Made by a program: the position numbers and the translations under genes
Shown: positions 1 through 14,300 of the stretch, in pieces
Layout: the number at the start of each line of letters is the position of its first letter
Numbering within the stretch: the first letter of the stretch is position 1
The notes under the pieces: model-generated
Seen by the model: only the letters and a program-made list of their open reading frames with translations
Databases searched by the model: none
Told to the model about the DNA's origin: nothing
Source of the DNA: Leucoraja erinacea
Taxonomy: Eukaryota
DNA length: 64,000 nt
Assembly (NCBI RefSeq): GCF_028641065.1
Contig: NC_073396.1
Coordinates: forward strand, 558,001-622,000
Direction: 5' to 3'

Positions 1-400
1 ACCCCAGCGGTATATTGATTTCTCTAACTTCAAGAAACCCTTGCCTCCCCCCTCTCTCTCCGTCCCTTCCCCACCTTAGTCGTTGTACTAGTTTACTGTC
101 ATCCTGTTGTTTCACTGTCTGTAGTAACTCGTTATCACCTATCCCACAGCCAACAATGGACCATTGTGGGCTCCACATTTCCTTGATTATCGCTCCTTTC
201 TGCATATCTTCCATTCATTTATCCTAAGGACCATCCATATATCTTGTTCCTCTTTCCCCTGACTCTCAGTCTGAAGAAGGATCTCGACCCAAAACGTCAC
301 CTATTACTTTTCTCCGGAGATGCTGCATGACTCGCTGAGTTACTACTGCTTTTTGTGTCTGTCTTCAATTTAAACCAGCATCTGCAGTTCCTCTCTACAA
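1..400 (+). mobile_element. Penelope-like element 3' end/pLTR (decayed hammerhead core at 271-299)
   Basis: Starts with the ORF-terminal PSG..IDFSNF-coding sequence seen at 4667-4700 and carries the same pLTR motifs. Confidence 0.7.
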
Positions 401-2000
401 CATCCCCAGATATGTTTCTCTGTAACCTACTCTCTCTCTCCAGTGATCAATAATACACCCCCACCACCCCGCTGTTTAAGGGGGAGTATACACCTCCCAA
501 TGAATCCACCAACTAACGCATCTTTGGGATGTGGAAACAAACCAGAGCACCTTCAACAAATCAACTTCACCAACGCAGCTCCTCAGCTCTGTGCAGAATC
601 CAGCTTACTGCAACTGTATAGCAAACTGACCCAGCTTATCCAAGAATTATCTTTGCAAATCTGTCTGTGCCTTCAGAAAGCATTAGTGTCATGCCATGGG
701 GAGAAGGAGAACATGTTTAACTGAGTACAGCCTTTGCAGCAAATATCCATACAATCATGCTGACTTACTATTGGCCGTATAGATATCTTACGTGTCTATG
801 CATTACATTGGTTAGTCACGCATCACCCACATAAAACATAATCAGGATTGTAGAACTCTCGTGTGAAACTCTTGCTTGCTGCAGCTTAACAGGCTCATAA
901 ACACAATACCACACAGATAAATATACAATAATCAATAACAAATATATCAATAACAGTTGCATTAGTAACCATAATAGTGCAGTGCCTGGTCTACAATGCA
1001 ACCATAGACATAGCCCATGGAAGATCATGGTTGCTAAAGTTAGTGTTGTGCAGTGTTTGTGAGCATTTCCGGTCGGTCAGGCTGATGGAAATATTTTCTC
1101 TCTTGCAGAAGATCAGGATCGTGGCTCAAGTATAATAGAGTCAGGCTCCGCTCAGACACTGGCATTAGCTGCCACGCAGCAGGTTGAGCAGGAGCAGCCG
1201 CAATAACCATTCCCAAGACAGTTCCTAGTGCGCTGTGCCACCCCAGGAATCCCCACAAGAGGACTTGCCAGCACCTTATCCGATGAAAGACTCTCACAGA
1301 TTGCAGCCACGCTTGCCACTCAGTCACTGACTACAGTTGAGCTCTTGGTGGCTTCTGCCCAGGTACTTTCATACATCCACTGGATCACTGCCAAACTTTA
1401 CACAAATCCTTTGCAGACTTTGCTGGTCCAAATAATCGGGAGCATTTTCAATGGTTGTCCATGCTAATAAATATGACTCCATGCTCCACGATGCATCACT
1501 AAAATTGTAAATTACATAATCTAACCCAATGAAGTTATATGCCTAGAAATCCGGATCATGTAACCTGCTGCCTGGCGCTGTGGGGTTAAAATCTATTCCA
1601 CCAGGGATTGATCACATTTACAACCATTTCCAAGTTGAATTAAATCAAGGGATGATTTGACTAGAGAGAAGGAGAAACTGTTTGTAAGTCACCCTAGCAC
1701 ACTCCAAGGCAGTTTCTGTGTCAAAACCAAGCCAGAGAATTTGGGCCTTGCTGCTTTGGGACACCTGTATGGCACATTACAGGTCTTACAGCTTGGGTGA
1801 ACTGCAGAAAGCAAGATGCCTTCCTCACCGAGTAGCCCCCTCACTGCCACTTCTGGCAACTCACCACCACCCTGTTGCCGACCTCTCCCAGCCACTCTCC
1901 TTCCGCCCCCCCCCCAGGCACAACTGGATCTTTGGTCAACCCACAAAGTTTGGCCAAGGGAGAAGAATCTTGGGCAACACAGTTCACGGTTAAGAATACA

Positions 2001-2661
2001 TGAGGCCCAGTAACTTGACATTGAGGCCAAGTAACTTCACCTTGAGGCCCATAACTTGACATTGAGGCCCAGTAACTTCACAGTAACTTGACATTGAGGC
2101 CCAGTAACTTCACGTTGAGGCCCAGTAACCACCTTAAGGCCCAGTAACTTCACATTGAGGCCCAGTAACTTCATGTTGAGGCCCAGTAACCACCTTAAGG
2201 CCCATTAACCACATTGAGGCCCAGTAACCCAGTAACCACATTGAGGCCCAGTAACTTCACGTTGAGGCCCATTAACTTCACATTGAGGCCCAGTAACTTC
2301 ACGATGAGGCCCATTAACCACATTGAGGCCCAGTAACTTCACGTTGAGGCCCAGTAACTTCACATTGAGGCCCAGTAACTTCACGTTGAGGCCCAGTAAC
2401 TTCATGTTGAGGCCCAGTAACTTCACGTTGAGGCCCAGTAACTTCACGTTGAGGCCCAGTAACTTCACGTTGAGGCCCAGTAACTTCACGTTGAGGCCCA
2501 GTAACTTCACGTTGAGGCCCATTAACACGTTGAGGCCCAGTAACTTCGTTGAGGCCCAGTAACTTCACGTTGAGGCCCAGTAACTTCACGTTGAGGCCCA
2601 GTAACTTCATGTTGAGGCCCAGTAACTTCATGTTGAGGCCCAGTAACTTCATGTTGAGGCC
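2001..2661. repeat. 21-bp minisatellite (TGAGGCCCAGTAACTTCACGT)n, ~31 copies
   Basis: Direct tandem repeat; explains the LLGLNVK-type ORFs. Confidence 0.97.
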
Positions 2662-4449
2662 TGCGCTGAGGTCTCAAACACTGGGATTCACTAACACTGT
2701 CCCTGTTCCAGCTTGTTCCCAGGGCATTCTTTAAATTACACCCATTTCTAGGCTACCTCCACTTACAAGGGAAATATATTATAAAGTAACATCAACATTT
2801 GTTTTAATAAGCTACAAACAGATTATTCCTATTTAAATTGGCAATTCAATAATGGTTAACAATTAATTTATAAAATCCAATACATTTCACTGTGCTTCTG
2901 ATTTACCTCTGTCAATCACACACCCTTTGTCCGTTCACATTGTGGTCAATGCTTGTGCCTTGTTCTAACGTGGATCATTTCGACATTCCCGTTGTCCTGG
3001 CACCTGAATGCTGATGTTTTGTTGAAAGCTCTGGTTTCCTGCTGTAACTTTGAGGAGAATTGGGCAAGTTGTGCCCTTCCTCCAAGCTGCAGTTGTGCCG
3101 CTGAGGCTGCAGCAGAGTCAGAGAGAGAGCTGCAGATGTTGGGTACATCAGGCAGTGTAGTCCAACGCCTGTCAGATGCTGCACCTTCACCTCATTCTGC
3201 TGCATTTGTCTTGTAATCTGACTATGAAATTGTGCCAAATTGTTGTTGGTTTTGTTCTCATGCTGCTCAAAGCATTTTGCACATACCTCCCACAAGCACC
3301 AGTGTGAGACTTTTGTCATGGTCTGAGTCCCCTTGAAAATGACCAATGAATTAAATCACTGAAACACTTCTGGTTTTCTTCTGCACAATATCTCCTGGCT
3401 TAGGCCGAGCTTTACTGCTCAATTATGGTGAGAATGACGTTTCAGTTATGAAAAGTAGATGCTGGAAATCTGAAAATAGCAAGGTGCTGGAAATGTTCAG
3501 TGGGTCAGGCAGCACCTGTGGTGAAAGGTTTCAGCTCAGTGAATGCTATCACCTGAGGCACTGCTCCCCTGATTGGCTTCTTGGGGCTGCATGACTCCCA
3601 CCCATCTCTAGCCTCAGACTGGGCAAACATGGGCCCTGTACACACCACCACCCCTCAGAGACATTTGGAAATATAAATGATTGAAAATGTAGAAGCTTTT
3701 GACAAATACATTTTATTTTAAATTATTCAAATTATGCAAATGAACTGTAAACAGTAATACGAGTTAAGATTAAAGCAATCCTTTCACAGTTCGACAGTGA
3801 AGGTCCGTAACACCACTTGAAATTACCCAGTACTCCAGCTGTGAGTGGTGGTGGTGAGGGGCCAGGTATGAAGTGCATCTGTCCCTACAGTGAAGCTACG
3901 CTAGTCAATGTTTGACTTGTTACCCCTCCACACATGTTCCCTGACCTGCTCATGTTTATAAAGATTCATGCCACAATGTTTAAATGGAACAGTGGTGAAA
4001 ATAATTGCTGTGTCTATACAGTGGGATTCTTTTTTTTGTATAATTTTCTTGGTCTAAAATAACTGGAGCAAAAACAACATACAATTATCAGAGGCCATTT
4101 CTGACTTAAAAAAAGACTGATGACGAGACCAAACTACGAGATGCTTGTCATTGGGGTGCAGATCACAGCTAACAGACAATAGCAAGGCAGTACTTCAGAC
4201 CAGTAGTATGTTTCAGACACATTTGGTTTACGGTGTTAGTGCATTTAAGTATGTTGATTTACCAGTGCTTGTTCCATGTAATACAAATATGGATTGATAG
4301 AACTGATCACATAATGAGGGAAGATGATCGATATCATCTGTGCAATAAATATTGTGGCATTGTTTATAATCATCAGTGTTGTTTCCATATTTTATATTTC
4401 TGGTATCACTGCTGTGCACACATTGACCACTGAGTCGTATTTAATCCAC

Positions 4450-4930
4450 GTGTTTAAAAAGAAGTGCAGATGCTGGAAAATCGAAGGTAGACAAAAGTGC
4501 TGGAGAAACTCAACAGGTGAGGCAGCATCTATGGAGCGAAGGAAATAGGCAACGTTTCGGGTCAAGACCCTTCTTCAGACATGTGAGGGTTGGGGGGCGG
4601 GAAGAAGAAAGGAAGAGGCGAAAAGTGAGCTGAGGGAGAGCTGAGAAGGAGAGGAGAAAGCAGGGACTACCTGAAATTAGAGAAGTCAATGTTCATACCA
4701 CTGGGGTGCAAACTGTCCATGCTAAATATAAGGTACTGCTCTTCCAATTTACGGTGGGACTCACTCTGGCCATGGAGGAGGCCCAGGACAGAAAGGTTGG
4801 ATTTGGAATGGGAGGGGGAGTTGAAGTGTTGAGCCACCGGGAGATCAGGTTGGTTATTGCGAACCGAGTGGAGGTGTTGGGCGAAGCGATCGCCAAGCCT
4901 GCGCTTGGTCTCACAATGCTGAGCCTGAGC
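4450..4930 (-). mobile_element. Penelope-like retroelement 3' fragment (GIY-YIG endonuclease C-terminus + pLTR with hammerhead core 4551-4578)
   Basis: ETKRRLGDRFAQHL...PVAQHFN..SH...RKLEEQ.LIF....L.P.GMN, typical of the PLE GIY-YIG domain. Confidence 0.88.
4551..4578 (-). ncRNA. Minimal hammerhead ribozyme core in Penelope pLTR
   Basis: Reverse strand CUGAAGA-A-GGGU(CUUG)ACCC-GAAAC-GUU, downstream of the GIY-YIG ORF. Confidence 0.55.
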
Positions 4931-5364
4931 CAGGGCAAGAGTCTGAGCCAAAAAACGTACGCATTGTACTATCTGGACCAGCGACTCTGGAGTGTTCAGG
5001 AAACAGGCCTCAATGTGTACAGTACGTGGCTGTTCATTTCATCAATTCCTTTTATAAGACCAGTGGCACAGAGTACATGGGGCTGTGTGACAAATTATTA
5101 GGAAATAAAGCAAGTAGCTGCTCATGTCAAAACACAAACCATTTCAACTGTATTTTTTGGGACGGAAACTAGTCTTGCTTCGTCTAGTTCATGTGTGACT
5201 TCATCCACTATCCTTGCAACATCAGGCCTGCAAGCTTCCTATTAACGGCCCAACTTCCCAATCCTCAACGTGCATTAAAAATGAAATGAAGGTACGCTTG
5301 GGTAAAAAAAAATGATGCTCCTGCAGTTTATGGCTAAGCCCCTTGTTTCTCTGTACATTCAACT

Positions 5365-5990
5365 TTTACAAGATGATTTGAGTTTAGGAGCAAGGAGGTC
5401 CTACTGCAGTTGTACAGGACCCTGGCGAGACTGCACCTGGAGTATTGTGTGCAGTTTTGGTCTCCTAACTTGAGGAAGGACATTCTTCCTATTGAGGGGG
5501 CGCAGCGTAGGTTCAGCAGGTTAATTCCCATGTTGGCAGGACTAACATATGATGAAAGAATGGGTCGACTGGGCTTGTATTCACTGGAATTTAGAAGGAT
5601 GAGAGGGAATCTTATAGAGACATATAAAACTCTTAAAAGGATTGGACAAGCTAGATGCAGGAAAAATGTTCACAATGTTGGGGGAGTTCAGATCTAGGGG
5701 TCGCAGATCTAAGAATAAGGGGTAGGCCATTTTGGAGTGAGATGAGGAAAAATGTCTTCATCCAGGGTTGTGAATCTGTGGAACTCTCTGCCACAGAAGG
5801 CAGTGGAGGCCAATTCACTGGACGTTTTCTAGAGTTAGATTTAGCTCTTAGGGCTAACAGAGTCAAGGGATATGGGGAGAAAGCAGGAACGGGGTACTGA
5901 TTTTAGTGATCAGCCATGATCACATTGAATGGCGGTGCTGGCTCGAAGGGCCGAATGGTCCACTCCATCTATTTTTCTGTTTCTAAGATG
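5365..5990 (+). mobile_element. CR1-clade LINE 3' fragment
   Basis: LY..L.R.HLEYCVQFWSP...RRMRG.LIETYK and CR1 3' UTR. Confidence 0.88.
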
Positions 5991-7003
5991 TTATCTTGGT
6001 ATTTTTGTGAATTATTTCTGGAGACATCTACATGTTTGCTTTCTGTGGTCTAATATTCTCATCAGTTTTCTCAATTATGTGAACATTTCACAGGTAATAA
6101 AAAAAAGTAAAATTCTATAATATAATTCTCTAAAGTAGCAGAATAGTTATGCATTGAAAACACTGAAATGTTTTAGCCATTATTGCCTGGTCAGAGAACC
6201 TAAACATATAATATGTTTTATTTTGTCCATGTCATTCTGTTGTATCAATGGCAGGGTGTTGAGGGAGAGAACTTTGCCTTCCTTGTAGGACTCCATCATT
6301 GCGATTTCACCTTGAAACCTGATGTAAGCATTGTCAAGTAATATTACAAGCACATGCATATTTCTACACCTGTTGTCTGCCCATGTAGAGAGGGGATGTG
6401 ATTATCTCACCAGAGGTCCCTCCAGGAATTGATCAAATTGTTTAACAGCTGCTGAATATATGAAGTGCTCAGATATGAACAATCATTTGTTGCACTTTGA
6501 GTAATGCAAAAATAGGGCTTAATTAAACATATCAGCCTTTATTTCCAATTCAGTTCTTGACAATTGACTTCCTTCATAGGACAAAGCATTAAATGTTGAA
6601 ATCCACCCGTTATGTAATCAGCATGCAGCAAGCCAATCTGTCCATCAGTCCGCAATTACAGTGAAAGAATACAAGGAATGTTTGGAGCCAGCTGTGTGCA
6701 TGTGTTACAAAATCGTTTTGCAGAACAAAGTACAAAAATGTATTTGAATTATTTTGTTGTTGAAACTAGGAATTTTGGTGGAAGCTAATTGTGTTTCTGC
6801 AATATCTTGTTTGTAGCAAATATGTTAGAACTAGAACATTGTGCATGTTGAGTACGTTCTCTCGTTTCACCCTGAGCATGTTGTAAGACATACACTATTC
6901 CTCAGTTCCCAGATTCAGGTACACCATGGCACTGACAACATTAAACACATTGTTTTTCTTGTTTAATTTTGAAGAAACACAAACTGTTTGGATACCATAG
7001 TTA

Positions 7004-7009
7004 TTTATT
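7004..7009 (-). terminator. Probable GDE1 polyadenylation signal (AATAAA)
   Basis: AATAAA on the minus strand followed by GT/T-rich tttgtgtttc; implies a ~1.2 kb 3' UTR. Confidence 0.45.
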
Positions 7010-8169
7010 CATACAGTAAGCAGTGATATTTTTTAAATTAGCACTTAAATATGAATTTAAAATGCAACCCTGAGAAGAGCTTGATCATCAGCAAAGTTTG
7101 CGGATAATAATTGACTATCCAATGCACTGAGTTTGCTATCAAAGCAAATACAAACGTACAGCTGCAAGATGAACGTGAAGATGTTCCAGAGGTAGAGAGT
7201 GTACGGATAGTGCATTAGCAGTTCCCTTCACTGCCGAACGGAATGGGTATCTCAGCAAAATTGCCAACCCACAAAGCTTAAATCTTCACGAACAACCGTT
7301 GGTGCGGTTTAATCAAGGTCAACAAATATAGTTACGACATCGGTGATAACGGCTTGGAATAGTTCCAGAATTAGGGGAGTAAATAATTCTGCCTGTCTGT
7401 TGCCCGTCCATTGAAGGCTCACTTGTCTCTTCCCAATTTGTATTGTTTTCAAAAAAAGGTACAGGAGGATGTTGACATGAAAAGTTACGGGAGAATTTCA
7501 CACACATTCAAGCAAATAATTTCCAGCTATTCTCCAGCGAAAGTTCAATAAGTTTTAAAACTGCCCATTCATTTGGAAATAGTGCAAGTATTCCTTTCAC
7601 TCCTTTGATCATTAACTATTTTAAGTATATTAAAACAATTGTTTTAAAGAAATATTGAATATCAATAATGTGCAAAACGATAAAAAAACAACAAATGAAC
7701 GGTAGATTTTAATCCCCCTTGGATGCTGAGCAGCTGTATAAAAATGTATTTGCTGGCCTCGGTTTGGTGAGAGAGAATACAGGGAGTACTTTAACTCCAC
7801 AGTTTCTTGCTCACTATCAATCATCTGCCTAGCTAAAACTGATTACCCAAATGGCATCCAGTGAGAGAAGATCAGAGAAGGAATTCTCCATAAAATCTAT
7901 GTGCACTGAATCAAAATCCCTTTACCCACGCAATTTACCTCAAATGCCATTTAATCCCCGATGGAATGATAAACAAAAGTTGAAAGACATAGAAGTTAAG
8001 TGTTTTGCTGCCATTATTTAACGCTGACATTGTCTTCAATTGACAGCATTAACAAATTATTGAAGATTTTTTATCAAACTCGTCAGCTTTTTCATTATCA
8101 AAATACAAATAAAGAGACTAATAACCTGTTTAAACCTTGGTACAATTGGGCCAATTGTACACCACAATT

Positions 8170-8314
8170 TCAGGGAGGTGAACAAGTTTCAATAAGGGTG
8201 TCTGTAATGTAATGACACTGGAGGATATTTTCATAGTATAGTTTTTCATCTGCATAATTAACTGTCCAAGCAACCACATCAACTCCTCTCTCAGCCCAAA
8301 ACCGAGCGTAGTCT
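8170..8314 (-). CDS. GDE1: GDE1 exon 6, terminal (DYARFWAERGVDVVAWTVN...YITDTLIETCSPP*)
   Basis: Acceptor ctttccacag; TGA at 8172-8170. Confidence 0.92.
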
Positions 8315-11300
8315 CTGTGGAAAGTGAACACACAAAGTTTAGGATAAACTGTTATTTAAAAACAATGATTTTATTTCCATTCTATTGAGACCTTTAATTA
8401 TTTTCCACCTTTCCATAACTAGAAGTTAAGCCTCCGTATATTCGTCTACTAATCACTCTCTGTCCTCCTCCTGATGCCAGTGCCACTCACTTGTGTTCAG
8501 TTAGTGAGCAGGGAAGGCTGCCAATTGTATTTTGTACAGAACCCGATAAGTCCAGTCTTATGGAATGGAATGGAGACATATATGATTTGTGGTCGTTATA
8601 GGTAAACACTTATTTATTTTGACTGTGACCTCATGACAGCTGCAATTATAGACGGATTATTAACTTGAAGCACATTATTAGGTTTCTGCCCCATCTTCCC
8701 CAAACTAAATGTAACATTAAAAATCTGGAATAGGAATATTGAATCTGTTCAATCATTTAATAGAAAGCACAGCTTTTCAGGCTTCCAGAACTTTTCTTAC
8801 AGGAAAGTATTTTTTGAGATCATTCCCAAACTGTTCAGCGTTAAGTTCACATCCTTTTTGTTTTTTTTAATATTATCTTCTCGAGAGGCGGAATTATCTA
8901 TCCTACGCTACAGTTTAGTTTAGTTTATTATTGTCATGTTTATTGAAGTACAGTAAAAGCTTTTGCTCGTGTGTTATCACAGAAGACTCTGCATGAATAC
9001 AAGCAAGACATTCACAGTGCACAGATAATGGGGACAATATTGTGCAAGAGATATCACTGAAGCCCAATAAAGATTAAAAACAGTTCAAAGGTCTCCAATG
9101 AGGTAGATGAAAGGTCAGGACTGCTCTCTAGCTGATGGGAGGACCATTCAGTTGCCTGATAATAGCTGGGAACAAACTATCCCTGAATCTGGAGGTATGT
9201 GTTTTAAAACTTCTCTGAGAATGGTCCTATCTTCAATGGCCCCATCAGGTCGCCCATAATCTCCTGAACTTCTCAAACATCCAACAGCATCAAGCTGAGG
9301 AATGGAATATTAAAGACCCAGGGTCCTCAACATGCTGCACAATTTGTTTTATGTGGAGTTCACAAGTCATTTCAGAAACTAGCCATGTTACACAAACTGG
9401 GAGGCAAATCAACCGAATTGCAAATAAGAATTTCAATGTTCCATTGTCGATACATATGACAACTAAACACTAAAATCTTGAAATGTTCAATCTTATTTGG
9501 GTTTCATGGCACATTTTACATTGTTCCAATGTCAGAAAATAGAATGTTCAATATTCAAGGAATTGTTTATGGATAATAAATAAATGTGAATTACTAGAAG
9601 AGAATATGTAGACACTCCAGGAATTATTTTGTATTGATCTTAATCTTAAACACATAAAAATATTTACTGGATTTATTTCCTTCCCATTAAACTGCAGACA
9701 GCACACACACACAGCAACATTACAGGAGACACTTTGCATGAGAAATAACATTTAGAGTCATAGAGCGTGGAAACAAGCCCGACGACCCAACTTGCCCACA
9801 CGGGCCAACACGTCCCATCTACTTCAGTCCCACCGGCCAACATGTCCCAGCTACTTCAGTCCCACCTGCCTGCGATTGGCCCACAACCCTCTATACCTAT
9901 CCTATCCATGTACCTGTCCAACTGTCTCTTAAATGTTATGATAGCACCTGCTTTAACTACCTTCTCTGGCAGTTCCCACCACCCTTTATGTAAAAACATT
10001 ATGTGATAGGAGCAGAATTAGGCCATTCATCTCATCGTCTACTCTGCCATTCAATCATGGCTGATCTATCTCTCCTTCGTAAGCCTTTCTCCTGCCATTT
10101 CCCCATAATACCAGACACTCGTACTGATCAAGAATCTGCCTTAAAAATATCCAACTCTCTATTATATACATCCAGTGATTTGGCTCCACAGCCTTCTGTG
10201 GCAGAATTCCATGGATTCACTATCCTTTGAATAAAGAAATTCCTCCTCATCTCCTTCCTTAAGGAATGTCCTTTAATTTTGAGGCTATGATCTCTGGTCC
10301 TAAGTTCTTCCACATCCACTCTATCCAAGCCTATCACTATTTGGTAAATTTCAATGATGTGTCCCCTCATCCTTCTAAACTATAGCGAGTGCAGGCCCAA
10401 TGCTGTTGAACGTTCATCATGTTAGCCCACTCATTTCTGGGATCATTCTTGTGAATCTCCTCTGGACCCTCTCCAGAACCAGCACATCCTTCCCCAGATC
10501 CAGGACCCAAAATTGCTCACAATACTCCAAATGTGGCCTTACCAGCACCTTATAGAGCCTCAGCATTACAGCCTGTTTTTGTATCTATTCCTCTAGAAAT
10601 AAATGCTAGCATTGCATTTGCCTTCATTACTACCGATTTGACTTGCACCAGCACTCCCAAGGCCCTTTGCACCTCCGATTTCTGGATTCTCTCACCCATT
10701 AGAAATTAGTCTACGCCTTTATTCCTATTGCCACAATGCACGACCACACTTTCTACATTGTATTCCATCTGGCCACTCTCCCAACCTGTCCAAGTTATTT
10801 TGCAGAGTCCCTGCTTTCTCGACAATACCTGCTCCTCCACCTATCTTCCCTCAGGTTCCTATTAAATATCCCCCCCCCCCCCCCACACTTTAAACCTATG
10901 TCCTCTGGTTCTCAATTCCAGTACTCTGGGGAAAAAGCCTGCATTTATCCAATCTATCCCTCACATGATTTTGTACACCTCTATGAGATCACCCCTCATC
11001 CTCCTGTACTCCAAGGAATAGATCCCAAACTCTCCCTGAAGCTCAGGCCCTCATGTCTGGCAGCATCCTTGTGAATCTTCTATGTACTCTTTCAAGCCTG
11101 ACAACAAGTTTCCTACAACACGGTGACCATAACTTTGCTTTTCTAACTTGTTTTACAACTTTTATCCTCATCAATGCAAAGGATTGATTTTAATCAATCA
11201 CATGACCTCATCACATACACAGACTCGTATCAGGCTTTTTTACATTTCTCACAAGGTAATTTTAATCCAATGATTCAGAGGGTACTATTCATGAGCAACA

Positions 11301-14300
11301 AAATATGTTTTTAAAGAAAGTAAAAATGTTGTGATACTTACAATGATATGAAATTCTTTTGCATTAAAAACGCAGAAACTCCAAGCAGTTTCCACAAGAA
11401 GGCGTGGTGTGACCAGTCTAGAACCACGTCCAGGAACATGTACACGTATTGTTTGTAGCCATCGAATTTGGGTTTCCCGTTCCCATGGAAACTCAAACTC
11501 CAGGGTCGATGGGTCAGGGCTGTGATCACATTCTGGTCAGCTTGCCTCATCTGCAATAGTACACAATAAACAAATATATCAGCATTCGTATGTAAAAATA
11601 TCTGTGACAGCTTTGTTTAATCCTCCGCAACTTGCAAGTGCTGTTACAGAACTAACAATAAGTTACTATGATGGACATTAAACAATGTAATACCTTGAAA
11701 ATGACCATTGGCTCAAAGGAGCACACAATGCTCCTGTTGTACAATTCAGGAAACTCTTTGTACATCTCTTTCAAGGCAGAAGAAGCCTGAAAAACAAACA
11801 CATCAGACACTCACTTACAATTTTACACTCATGTCATATCTATGATTGAAACATTATTTCATTTCTGACATTTACTCAGCCACAAAGGAAGTGATCGGGA
11901 TTGCCTTGCCAGCACATGCATAGATCCGTAGCGACTGTAACCCAGATCGATCGCACTGAGTTATCGGTGACAAACCTCGAGGAAATAGAGCAGGAGGATG
12001 GATGGATTTAGGTGGAGATGGAGCAGAAAAAAAGTGCCAGGGAAGCAGAGGTACTATTCACCATGTTGATAGACATATTGTGCCCACACACACCTTCTCT
12101 CCCACCCTCCTGACCTGTGGAATACTGCATCTGGCAGCAGGTTGTTTCTCAGACTGGGGATCTTTGACCACTGATAGATGTGCTTGGTTCCCACTTCTCC
12201 TGTATTTATATTAATGATTTAGGTGGCCTGGCGATCATGTGTGCACATGTTATCGTGGACAGCGAAGCTGGTTGTAAAATATGAGATGATATCGTTTAAC
12301 TGAGAACGTGAGCAAGGGAATGGCAGGTAGAAGTTAACTCAAACATGGAAAAGGGATTCATTTTGGGAAGTTAAACCAGCGCAGTGCTCTAGGAGTGTTG
12401 TTGAACAGAGAGACATCGGGGTATAGGTACATAGATTGGATGGTGAAGAAGCAGACGGAAGATTGCCTCATTGACTGAGTACAAGAGTTGGGACATAATA
12501 TTACAGTTGTACAGAAGGCTGGTTAGGTCGCACAGAGTATTGTGTGCAGTTCTGGTCACCACAAGGCAGAAGATGTGATTCAGTTAGTGTGGATGCTGGT
12601 AAGATTGACAAGGGTGTTGTCTGGATTGGAGGGTTTTGATCCCTGGAGTGATGGGGATGGAGAGGTGGACAGAATATGAGAGGAAAAGATAGAGTTTACA
12701 GCTACTGTGTCTTTCATATCATTGGGACGCCTGAAACTAGAGGGCATAGGTTTAAGGTGAGAAGAGTACATTTATCACAGCGTCAGTTAATGTCTGGTAT
12801 CTATTATCCCCACCATGACAAGGTGCAAAATCAGAGCACATGGTATTGAGAGTAGGGTATTGACATGGATAGAGAACTGGTTGGCAGACAGGAGAGTAGG
12901 AATTAACGGGTTGTTGTCAGAATGGCAGGGTAGTGACTAGTGGGGTGCTGCAATGCTCTGTGCTGGAATCCCAGTTATTCACAATATATATATTAACAAT
13001 TTAGACAAGGGAATTAAATGTAACACTTTCAAGTTTGCGGATGACACAAAGCCAGGTGGCAATGTGAGGTGCAAGGAGGATGCTATGAGGCTGCAGGGTG
13101 ACTCGGATAGGTTAGGCGAGTAGGTAGATGCAGTATAATGTGGATGAGGTTATCCACTTTGGTGCCAAGAACAGGAAGGCAGATTATTATCTGAATTATG
13201 TCAGATTAGGAAAAGGAGGGGTGCAACAAGACTTGTACATCAGTAACTGAAAGTAAGCATGCAGGTACAGCAGGCAATGACGAAATCTAATGGCATGTTG
13301 GCCTTCATTGCGAGGCAATTTGAGTTTAGGAGCATGGAGGCCTTACAGCAATAGACAATAGGAGCAGGAATAGGCCATTCGGCCCTTCGAGCCAGCACCG
13401 CCATTCAATGTGATCATGGCTGATCATCCCCAATCAGTACCCCGATCCTGCCTTCTCCCCATATCCCCTGACTCCGCTATTTTTAAGAGCCCTATCTAGC
13501 TCTCTCTTGAAAGCATCCAGAGAACATATCTCCACCGCCCTCTGAGGCAGAGAATTCCACAGACTTTAAAGGCAGTTGTAAAGGGCCCTGGTGATACTGC
13601 ACCTGGTGTATTGTGTGCAGTTTTGGTTTCCCAATTTGAGGAAGGACATTCTTGCTATTGAAGGAATGCAGTGTAGGTTCATCAGGTTAATTCCTGGGAT
13701 GGCGGGACTGTCATATGATGAAAGAATGCGTTGACTGGACTTGCATTCACTGGAATTTAGAAGGATGAGAGGATATCTTATAGAAACATACACAATTCTT
13801 AAAGGATTGGATAGGATAGATGCAGGAAAATTTTTCCCGATGTTGGGGGAAGTTCAGAACCAAGAGTCACAGTTTAAGAATCAGGGGTAGGCCTTTTAGG
13901 ACTGAGATGAGGAAAAACTTCTTCACCCAGAGAGTTGTAAATCTGTGGAATTCGCTGCCACAGAGTGCAGTGGAGGGCAAGTCATTGGATGTTTTCAAGA
14001 GAGTTAGATTTAGCTCTTAGGGCTACGGAATCAAGGGCAATGTGGAAAAAGCAGGAACGGGGTACTGATTCTGGATGATCATCATGATATTGAATGGCAG
14101 TGCTGGTTTGAAGGGCCGAATGGCCTCCTCCTGCACCTATTTTTAATGTTTCATCCGGACCGTGCCCTCTTTCACTGCATGGTGAGCCGGGAGGTACAGA
14201 AGCTCGAAGTCCCACAGGTTAAGGAACAGCTATTTCCTACAACTGTTAGGATCTTGAACAGACCAGCAAAGCCCTAATCCTATCTTGACATCCAATCTGT

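Noticed and set aside
443-1028. 93-aa ORF and hydrophobic 70-aa ORF as possible TMC exons
   Set aside because: No TMC motif; the hydrophobicity follows from low-complexity A/T-rich sequence.
2001-2661. CRISPR-like regular array and repetitive ORFs
   Set aside because: Head-to-tail 21-mers with no unique spacers, in eukaryotic DNA; a plain minisatellite.
2905-3346. Opposing 123-aa and 87-aa ORFs with splice-like ends
   Set aside because: No recognisable protein and no partner exons.
6290-6324. 35-nt pseudo-exon with good acceptor and donor
   Set aside because: Two frames closed and no gene context.
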